Part shown: positions 50,104-60,500 of the stretch, piece by piece
Layout: the number at the start of each line of letters is the position of its first letter
Numbering within the stretch: the first letter of the stretch is position 1
NCBI GenBank assembly: GCA_950097015.1
Contig: CATNEN010000024.1
Location: 6,386,001 to 6,450,000, forward strand
DNA length: 64,000 bases
From: Macrostomum hystrix
Lineage: Eukaryota > Animalia > Platyhelminthes
Reading direction: 5' to 3'
Made by a program: the position numbers and the translations under genes
The notes under the pieces: model-generated
Database searches by the model: none
The model's input: the letters and a program-made list of their open reading frames with translations, nothing else
Told to the model about the DNA's origin: nothing

Positions 50104-53100
50104 GATAGAGGTTCCTTAATCGTGAGCAGCTCGTCATAATCCCACCGGGATTTCAGGTGAAAGAACTCCAGGTAATTGTTCACAATGCCGCGATCGAATG
50201 GGTTCCAAAACTTGCCCTGAGCGTCCTGCAGGTACTTGTAGCGCGCCAGGTTCATCAGCTCGTTGGTTGTGAGGTTCTTAGCGGCGTTGTACCACTGCAA
50301 TTTGGGTGACATTTGAGGGCATAGAGAACAAGCATTTTTACAAAATCTTTAGCTGACAATCTTACCCCCCCCTCCGCTTGGGCCCTCTGATCCAGTCCAG
50401 AGCTTTTAATAAGTCACGACCTTGAATTAGTCACAAACTTGTTCAAAGCTTCTAATTGGTCATGAACCTGTCTAAAAGCTTCTGATTGGTCATGAACATG
50501 TCTAAAAGCTTCTGATTGGTCAAGAACATGTCTAAAAGCTTCTGATTGGTCATGAACATGTCTAAAAGCTTCTGATTGGTCAAGAACATGTCTAAAAGCT
50601 TCTGATTGGTCAAGAACATGTCTAAAAGCTTCTGATTGGTCATGAACATGTCTAAAAGCTTCTGATTGGTCAAGAACATGTCTAAAAGCTTCTGATTGGT
50701 CAAGAACATGTCTAAAAGCTTCTGATTGGTCAAGAACATGTCTAAAAGCTTCTGATTGGTCAAGAACATGTCTAAAAGCTTCTGATTGGTCAAGAACATG
50801 TCTAAAAGCTTCTGATTGGTCAAGAACATGTCTAAAAGCTTCTGATTGGTCATGAACATGTCTAAAAGCTTCTGATTGGTCATGAACATGTCTAAAAGCT
50901 TCTGATTGGTCAAGAACATGTCTAAAAGCTTCTGATTGGTCAAGAACATGTCTAAAAGCTTCTGATTGGTCATGAACATGTCTAAAAGCTTCTGATTGGT
51001 CAAGAACATGTCTAAAAGCTTCTGATTGGTCATGAACATGTCTAAAAGCTTCTGATTGGTCAAGAACATGTCTAAAAGCTTCTGATTGGTCAAGAACATG
51101 TCTAAAAGCTTCTGATTGGTCAAGAACATGTCTAAAAGCTTCTGATTGGTCAAGAACATGTCTAAAAGCTTCTGATTGGTCAAGAACATGTCTAAAAGCT
51201 TCTGATTGGTCAAGAACATGTCTAAAAGCTTCTGATTGGTCAAGAACATGTCTAAAAGCTTCTAATTGGACATAACTCAAAAAAGCTGTCCAAAGCTTCT
51301 GATTGGGTGAAACCCTTCCCGGAAACTTCTGATTGGTCAAACTCATGCCATAAGGACTAACGAAGGTAAGACTCTTCCCTACCCCGTATCGGTTGAGCAC
51401 CATCAGCATCAGGCCGAACAGAAACTGCAGCGGCACGCCCAGCATGTAGTCCCAGCGGTAAGGCCGGCCCTCAATGTTCCACACGATCCAGATAAGATCC
51501 AGAGAGAGCAAGCCGGACAGGATGGCGAAGGTGATGAACAGAAGGAAGCTGTGCCTGGTAACATTAAAAAGCGGGGATTTTTTTAATCAAAATAATCCGT
51601 TTGACCCTATTCTGTTCCCTGATATTAAATAATCACATTCACTTTACCTCAGATGATAAAGATTAGATTCAATCTAATAGTACTCATAAATCAGATCTCA
51701 TACCCTTCTCCGTATAGATCAGTCAGATCCTATTACATTTCTCCGTAGATCAGTCAGATCCCATCCTCTTTCTCCGTATAGATTAGTCAGATCCCATCCT
51801 CTCTCTCCGTATAGATCAGTCAGATCCTATTACATTTCTCCGTAGATCAGTCAGATCCCATCCTCTCTCTCCGTATAGATCAGTCAGATCCTATTACATT
51901 TCTCCGTAGATCAGTCAGATCCCATCCTCTTTCTCCGTATAGATTAGTCAGATCCCATCCTCTCTCTCCGTATAGATTAGTCAGATCCCATCCTCTCTCT
52001 CCGTAGATCAGTCAGATCCCATCCTCTTACTCCGCATACACCAGTCAGATCCCATTCGATTTCTCCCTTTCGCCATCACCGGAGGGATCCTGGTCTGTCA
52101 AGCCAGCCAATCATGTGGCACAGACAGAAGCCGCACCTGTTATTGGCTCCTACGCAGTTGTACACGTAGGGGCAGTGGTGGTCCATGTTGGCCACGCATC
52201 GATTGCAGATGCGGCAATGCTTGGCCCGCAGAGGTTTAACAGTGCGGCAGGTGTGGCAGAGCCGCTCCAACCGGTTGGAACCGGATCCGGCCAGCCGGAT
52301 GGCCTGATCGTACTCGGGGACATTGCGAGGCAGATAGCCGGGATCGCTCAGATTAGTGTGATAGAAGCAGATCCACATGAGAGCATTGAAGCAGATGAAC
52401 AGATAGTTGAGACCCGGGTGCTGGTCGAAGGTGAGTGGCAGGCCGCGGATCACGTAGTTGCTGTACCCCCAGACAGCCACGCAGGTTAGAAAGAACAGCA
52501 TCGGACAGCGGGTCTTGCCAGGCGGACCGAACAGCAGGTGGCTCCATTTGAGCTCGGCGCCTAGCAGAGACGATCTGGCGCGCAGTTCGGACCTGAGAAA
52601 GCGTTCAATGTCTATCAGCTGCCTGCCAGCGGCCAACTGTAGCGGAGTTCGGCCGCTCTTGTCCGCCACGTTCACTTCCACCTGCGGGACGGAGGTTTAG
52701 TAGCCTGTCACTTCAGGGTTACTCTAGCTGTAACTGCCTGTCACTCCAGGGTTACTCTAGCTGTAACTGCCTGTCACTCCAGGGTTACTCTAGCTGTAAC
52801 TGCCTGTCACTCCAGGGTTACTCTAGCTGTAACTGCCTGTCACTCCTGTCACTAACTGTAGCTGTAACTGCCTGTCACTCCTGTCACTTACTGTAGCTGT
52901 AACTGCCTGTCACTCCTGTCACTTACTGTAGCTGTAACTGCCTGTCACTCCTGTCACTTACTGTAGCTGTAACTGCTTTTCACTTTACGAATACTCTAGG
53001 CGTACTGCTTATCACTCCATGGTTACTCTATGTGTAACTGCTAGTCACTCCATGGTTACTCTATGTGTAACTTCTGGTCATTTTAGGTCAACTCCTTGTC

Positions 53101-54532
53101 GCTAGGTTCAAGAACTAACCATCACTCAATGTTTGACTACTGCCTGTTACTCCAGGTTCAATCCTTTTGTGAATTAGCTAACATTGATAAAAACTAAAAA
53201 AAATGGATTAGGAGGAGATTAACAAAGTAATTAACGTGTTTCTGCAATCGCAGATGCATATAGGAGTTGATTTTTTCCTAATGTGGTGAGTATTTGTTTT
53301 TATCTTACTAAAAATTCTGTGAGCTCACTATATAACCGATAAGAAAATGTAAGTGACAACAATTTAACTTGGCTTAACTCTAGTTCCAAATTTGCAGCCC
53401 TGTATAATGAGATGAGGGGCAAATTGTGAAGTTAATGCTAGTCTGACCAGAAGATGAGGACAATGAGGATGATAATCTGACCAGAAGATGGGGAAAATGA
53501 GGATGATAGTCTGACCTGAAGATGGGGAAAATGAGGATGATAGTCTGACCTGAAGATGGGGAAAATGAGGATGATAGTCTGACCTGAAGATGGGGAAAAT
53601 GAGGATGATAGTCTGACCTGAAGATGGGGAAAATGAGGATGATAGTCTGACCTGAAGATGGGGAAAATGAGGATGATAGTCTGACCTGAAGATGGGGAAA
53701 ATGAGGATGATAGTCTGACCAGAAGATGAGGACAATGAGGATGATAGTCTGACCAGAAGATGGGGAAAATGAGGATGATAGTCTGACGGGAAGAAGATGG
53801 GGAAGAAAAGGGCGATAGGCGATAGGTGCCAAATGAGGCTCCTACCTTGTCAACGCGGCAGAGATCCCGCACAATAGCCAGGTTGCCGCCAATGCAGGCA
53901 AAGTGCAAGGGTGTCTGGCCATAGACATCCCGGGCCTCTGGCTCGCAGCCCGCATAAGCCAGCAGTCGGACCAGGTCGCCCTGACCCTTGAAGGCGGCCC
54001 AGTGAATGGCGGTGTCACCCTCCAAGTCGGAGGCGGCGATGCTGGCGCCGCGAGCTAAAAGGTAGGTCGCTGCCACAGTCTGGCCATATTGGCAGGCTAC
54101 TAGAAGCGGAGTGGCACCTTTCGCGTCTCTTTGATCCACGTTGGCGCCGCAGCGGTCTAACAAAAATTCGATAGCAGTAACGTGACCATTCACGCCGGCC
54201 CAGTGAATCGGCCACTGACCGAGCTCGTGCCCGCTGGCCAGATTGCACAGGCTTGTGTCGATGCTAGTTAAGAATTCCAGCACTTCTAAGCGGCAGTTGA
54301 GGCTGGCCCAGTGGCCCACCGTGTGACCAGCGTCATCTCTGCTAGCTAGGAGGTTGGAGCCGTTGGCTTCGACCAGGTGATCCCGGAGATAATCAACATC
54401 GCCGCGCTTGGCGGCATCGAAGATGTCACGACATGGGGTATTCACTGAGGCAGCTTTTGAAGACGATTTCTTACTGGGGCCGATGCTTGTTTTGTAGACT
54501 TCAATGAAAGAATGTGTAATGCTGCTAGCCAT
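50097..54532 (-). CDS. ZDHHC17: Ankyrin-repeat DHHC palmitoyltransferase (HIP14-type, ZDHHC17/13); exons 54532-53846, 52681-52137, 51554-51383, 50294-50097; 533 aa from the first in-frame ATG (start uncertain)
   Basis: Ankyrin repeats (GHTVGHWASLN, GQWPIHWA, GATPLLVAC, GDTAIHWAA, GQTPLHFAC); [48 protein letters not shown] and NPFDRG motifs. Confidence 0.94.
50445..51275. repeat. 30-bp minisatellite AAGCTTCTGATTGGTCAAGAACATGTCTAA (ZDHHC last intron)
   Basis: About 27 copies. Confidence 0.95.
51705..52055. repeat. 31-33-bp minisatellite CGTATAGATCAGTCAGATCCCATCCTCTCTCTC (ZDHHC intron)
   Basis: About 11 copies in two alternating variants. Confidence 0.9.
52703..53065. repeat. 33/29-bp minisatellite GCCTGTCACTCCAGGGTTACTCTAGCTGTAACT (ZDHHC first coding intron)
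   Basis: About 11 copies, decaying to the right. Confidence 0.9.
53438..53790. repeat. 34-bp minisatellite GAGGATGATAGTCTGACCTGAAGATGGGGAAAAT (ZDHHC first coding intron)
   Basis: About 10 copies, starting about 55 nt after the donor. Confidence 0.93.
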
Positions 54533-55368
54533 GGAGCTGCTCAGATTGTCAGATGACTGCTGCTTTGACAATTTGGTGAGAGAGGCAGCTGACAGTTCTT
54601 GCTGACTGGCTGTTTTCCTGAAAATAAAAATTACATGGTTTTCAGTTTTACGAGTTTATATCTTCTTGTACTTTCTGTTTGTATTAAAAATGTTTTTTGG
54701 AATGAAGCAAATATTAGACATAAATAATATAACTTTCTTCTTCTTTATTTAACCCAATTCTTTGGCTCTAAAAAGTAGCTGAAATTAAAAAGGCTTTTAT
54801 GCTTGACAGATGAAAGATACTATGAACTATTATGGACTAGCTATTTGTGCTTAATATGCTATGTACAAGTATTATAACTAATTAAATAATACATTCCAAG
54901 GATCTTTTGCAACATGTCACGTCTAATTATGTAAGCCAAGTAATGTAAAAAAACAACTTAGCAGCAAAAACTTTATCAAACATGCATGCATTTATTCTTC
55001 TTTTTTCGGGCTAGGCCTACAGGCTAATGTATTTCTTACCCCCTAGGATGCGGTTTCCCAGGACTATTATGAATTATCAAAACCAAACAGAAGGCCTGTT
55101 TTACAGACAAAAGTGAGAAAGCAAAAATATTCTATTGCACCTCTGTAACGTATGTAGAGTGCTAATGCTGACATGGTTTATTTACCCAGACTCACTAAAT
55201 GAAAATCTATCGATGATATTATAAACAAAGATTAAATTTTAAATGTGTGCATAAAAACACTATGAAATATATATACTACGAATGTATATATAAAAAATCA
55301 TGAAGCTTGCTCCGTTGCAAAATATTCCACAATAAAGTCTAGTGTTTTGATCGTTTTATACCATATAA

Positions 55369-55507
55369 CTAGAGTAGCCCCGTCTTGCTATTGCAGCGCG
55401 TATGTAGAGTGAGACTGAAGGGCGATGTAAAGTTATAAAAAATCTCAAATTAAATAAACCACAATGTAACCAAATTAGACTTAACAGTTTTATTATATAA
55501 GCTCAGA
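55369..55507 (-). mobile_element. Possible miniature non-autonomous Helitron
   Basis: Minus strand A|TC...TTATATAATAAAA at the 5' end and ...GCAAGACGGGCTACTCTAG|T at the 3' end (TC...CTAG between A and T). The subterminal hairpin is degenerate; single copy. Confidence 0.4.
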
Positions 55508-57568
55508 TAGCTTTTCTAATATATAAATTTTAATTTTTATGCGTAAAAAATATAGATATACACTCTTAGTATGCTCTTAAATTGTTATTTTTATTTTATC
55601 ATGTCGACTTCCAGGAAATAAAAGCGCTCCTAATCAATTCCGAGCTCCTTATATTTGTTTGCAAGCAGTTTGCAAAATATGTGCGGGAAAGTAAAAATAA
55701 TTAACTGTATTGTGCATGTAAGGATTGGATTATATACATTTTTAATATTATCCTTTAGTTATGATATGATAATTATATGACAGACTCAGATTATTTCCCA
55801 TTTTCTTACCTAGAGTTTTATATCTTTTAACTATATTTAATTAAATAAATAAGAAGTCAGTGGCTACATGGCTTCTATTTTAACCTATGTGATTACCAAA
55901 ACTATATTATGAAACCATCTAATTATTGGCTATATTATATTTTGCTCTTAAGTTAAATAAGAGTAGCTACCCATGAGATTTGTTTTTTATTATGTTCCTG
56001 ACTTTGTTATAGTTTTTATTGTAAAAAATAAAAACTTGGCAGTTTTTTATATTTGGGCCTAGGCTTAGCATAGGTCTATTAATGTGTTATAAGCTAATAA
56101 TAGCTACAACAAATGTAGGCCTAATAGTTTGTGTAAATTCAGGATCATGTTGTGTGCATGTGCACTAGAAATTTTAAATGCAAATTCAGAAGTGTTAAAG
56201 TACTTTTTAGTGACCAAGTTTTAGCAAAGTTTTTGGTGCTCAGCTTAGTACATTACTAAACATTTCACAAAATTTAGGCACACAATATCACAATGTGAAG
56301 AGAAAGGGAATAGCTTCTATGGCACAGAATAGCATAGCAAGCCTTGCAAATAGGCCCTATGCTTCAGAATATTGTATTTGCATGATTCACATACATGACT
56401 CACATTCACAGCAAGGTGCCTATGGATCAATATGGCCTAGGATCAGAAAGAAGAGTTTTGGTGAGAAATTGCTAGGGAGCATTGGGATGTGAGACAGAAA
56501 GAGACAGCTGCCCCTGTGTTAGTCATCTCCTAACATTTCTCTACCTCTCTTTATACTGCCTCTGTACATGTGGACTGTTTGAGATTAAGTATACTGGAAG
56601 CAAGAGGCAGGGCTTCACTGTTACTTCTCATGTGACTGGGTCCACACAGAAATAGGCCTCTGGCCCATGGAGCAATAATCTCTCTGATGCTATAGCAGAA
56701 TATTGCAGGAAGACAAAACCTTCCTGCATATACATGCGCAACACCCGACCGACCCGGCCGAACCGGCCGGGTGAACGAGGGCCAAACAAGGTAAGTCGCA
56801 AAAACCAATCAACCAAGCGCAAAAAATCAAAGGGGGGACCAAGGGACAAAAAAGGAAGGCGTGAAGAAAAGGAAAAAGGGGAGAGAAAGAGAGCAAATGA
56901 GAGCAAACTAAGTCGTAAATAGAGCAATGAAACAAACTAAGTTGCAAATGAGAGCAAAAACTAAGTCGCACGGCCGGCTAAGATTTGGGAGGTTGCGCAT
57001 GTATGTTCCTGCAATAAGCATCATGATCCTGACTATCAGTTTGTGGCTTTTAAAAGCCCAAAAACTTACCTTAGTACATAGGACAGTTTATAATAGTCCA
57101 CAGGCTCCCTAATTTTAATTTGAATTAACAAAAATACAATATAATCAGTAGCAGAAAAATGTAAAGCTTATGATCAAGGCTAGACTAATATCACTCAGAT
57201 TTATAGTATTTTTACACAAATATATCATTTGCCCTGTTTTTATTAATTTGATGCATTTATAGATGTTCAGTTTAGGCTCCATTAAATTTAGGAATCCTAT
57301 TAACATGTTCAAGATACAATTATCAGAAAAATATTTTTACATTATTAATTTATCACATTCTTATTTATAAAAAACCTAAAAAAGAATATACCACTGCCAG
57401 TTTGTAGTCTTTTCATTGTGTAGATAAAGTAGACAAATAAAATAGTCTATTTTTATCTAAGTATACTTTCATTCACTATTTAAGTTCGTGATAAAATTAT
57501 GAAATTCAATTCCTTGTAAAAAAATTGAAAATTGCTTAGCCTTGCATTAATAATCCAAATAAATTCAG

Positions 57569-60500
57569 ATGAACAATGATCCTCGTCTCTTCCTGGGAGG
57601 CAATCCAGGCCTAGCTTCTGCTACCCCTCCTGTTGTCAGTGATTTGCCTGCAGCATTCTATGTGAGAAAATTTCTGTCCTAAAAAGTTGCCTGGAATTCC
57701 CAGGGCATTATTATCATTTTTATGATCAATATTTAGTTTCATCTTTGAACTATGGTTGATGCTTTTTCAAATGGTTCATTCTGTTTCACCCTAATTAATT
57801 TCAAACAGCCACGAGGGACTGGCGCAGTGGCTCTCAACAGTGGCAGTGTTGGTCCCTATTCCTCCTCAGCTGCTGTCGCTGCTGCTGCTGCTGCTGCAGC
57901 CGCCAGCGGTTTGCCTAGTCGAATGCAGAGCCTGAATCTGCTTGGCGTAGCTAATCGATTTGGCCCTGCAACTGGTGGACTAATGACTGGGCAGGTAATA
58001 TTGGAATTTAGGATAACTGCTGACATTCAGTGTTTTAGCTAGTCATATTAGTGTCTTTGTTAGCTATGTTTGTGTCTTTAGCTTGTCAGTGAGTGTCTTA
58101 ACTAATCATATTAGTGTCTTAGCTAATCATATTAGTGTCTTAGCTAATCATATTAGTGTCTTAGCTAATCATATTAGTGTCTTAGCTAATCATATTAGTG
58201 TCTTAGCTAATCATATTAGTGTCTTAGCTAATCATATTGGTGTCTTAGCTAATCATATTGGTGTCTTAGCTAATCATATTAGTGTCTCAACTAATCATAT
58301 TAGTATCTTAGCTAATCATATTAGTGTCTTAGCTAATCATATTAGTGTCTTAGCTAATCATATTAGTGTCTTAGCTAATCATATTAGTGTCTTAGCTAAT
58401 CATATTAGTATCTTAGCTAATCATATTAGTGTCTTTGCTAATCATATTAGTGTCTTAGCTAATCATATTAGTGTCTTAGCTAATCATATTAGTGTCTTAG
58501 CTAATCATATTAGTGTCTTAGCTAATCATATTAGTGTCTTAGCTAATCATATTAGTGTCTGAGCTAATCGTAATAGTTGTTTAGCTTGTCAAGACCCGGT
58601 GTTTGTGTCCGCGGAGCTGGCGCATTATTTTTTAGGACAGTCGCAGAGGAAAGCCTTGTGTGCTTGTCACGCAATTAAATTTCAATGTTGCGTCCAGTGT
58701 GTGCTGGTTGTTGTTTTACTGTCGGCGAAATTACGTCCTTGCTTACATACAGCCCCTGTATCTACTCAATTAAGTGTCATCAATACCTTCACTAGATATT
58801 TGGTTACCTAGCAACGCTAATCCAAACGCTTAGATTATCAGCTATGCATCAGTGTTGGCAAGTCAGCAGCAACAAAGACAGAAGCAGCATTTACTAACCC
58901 AGCATCTTATGCAGCAACATCGTTGCCAACAGCGCTTGACTGTAGCTGAATCCACGTTGGCTAGTGTGTCTTCCTGTTCAGCTTCCTGCCAATCTCTAGA
59001 CAGGATGGTTGTTATAAAATTGCTTGTGTCCTACAACCTGTTTGCATCTTTGTCGATTTATAGTTTTATTGCCTGTTTCCTGAAGTCTTGAAATTTCAAG
59101 TTCGTTTAAATGCTGTTGAATATTTTCCTTCAAGCAAATTTTTGTTGCTTTAAGTTTAATTAGATAGGGTGTTCCGTATCATGACATTCAATCTGATCTC
59201 ACGTTTCCGTTAGTAAATATTGTAAGCATCCGAAATCAAACCTAGGATTACCATTTGCTATGTAGAAGATTTACTAATTATAGGCATAGCAAGAAGCAGC
59301 AGTCTAAGGGAAATATTAGGAGATAAATTTGAAATCTTAATGCTAGACTGATCATTTAATCATGATCATAAGGCGCCTTCTGGAATCTTAAAAAACTAGC
59401 TTCACTGAGACCTCCCTGAGCCTAATAATTGCAGGAGGGCTGTGGGAAATGGCACATCATTTATTTACACTAGACCAGCAGCCAGCCAGGAAGCAATTCT
59501 GCACGCTTCGCTGACTCCTGAGCACACGCCCACACAGGTGTGTACCTCTGCCCTGACTTTCTCATCGTCAGGCAGTGTACACTTTCACTGCCTTGGAGGT
59601 TGGCCCTCAAGGGCGTAAATTGCACGACAAGCCCCCAAAGCCTTCTCTCCGCGGCTGCGCCCCAAATTAATGTGGCCTCGCCGTGGAATCGAGCTCAGGG
59701 ACCTTAGTGCGAGAGGGAAACGCGTTAACCGCTTTGCCACCGCTCTGCCCCTTGTCCCTGAGCCTACAATACGACGCTAGATTATCCTTTGCCTTGTTTC
59801 AACAGCCGCCGCAGTCGTCACTCGGTCATTCCGCCTCGACCCCGTCCATGTCGGCGCAGCTGGCCGCAGCAGCCGCTGCCAGATCCCGGCATCAGCAGCA
59901 GCAGCAGCACCTGCGGCAGTCTCATTTGGTCGAGCAGCAGATGGACGACCAGTTTGGTGGCTCGGCCGATCAGCAAGCGGCGGCGGCGTACTACTTTGAT
60001 GGCCACGGCGGTCGAGTAGGAGTCGCCTCTAGTCTGGAGCAGCACCAGCATCACCAGCAGGGCAAGAGCAACGGCGGCAGGCTGGAACCTCCGGCCTGGT
60101 ACGTGTGCGCCCCGGCTGGCGATCAGAGCCAGTTTAGCAATCGCGGCGACGCGCTGACCTACATGGAAGCGGAGACTAGGCGATCTTTGCTGGCTAAGGC
60201 GCACAGCATTCAGGTGGGTAACGTGCTAGTATAGTATAATAATATAAATTTGCTTGTATTTGCTTAATTTAATACTTAATAAATTATATTCCGGCTAGAA
60301 GATTCCGTCTTGTAGGTTTTAAATTGCAGATTCCAGCCTGTAGATTTCAGTTAGCAGATTCCAGCCTGTAAATTTCAGTTAGCAGATTCCAGCCTGTAAA
60401 TTTCAGTTAGCAGATTCCAGCCTGTAGATTTCAGTTAGCTAGCTTGTAGGTTGAAGATTCCGACTGGTAGATTTTAGGTTGCAGATTTTAGGTGGCAGAT

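Noticed and set aside
50414-51511. 365-aa ORF extending the ZDHHC exon through DQSEAFRHVL repeats
   Set aside because: Read-through into the intron; splicing at GGG|GTAGGG (51382) restores the conserved DHHC C-terminus.
58842-59091. Gln-rich stretch in PAN3 intron 2 as an alternative coding exon
   Set aside because: The available AG acceptors (58841, 58852) put the Gln frame out of phase with the phase-0 intron and lead to stops, and there is no good donor. A poison exon cannot be excluded.
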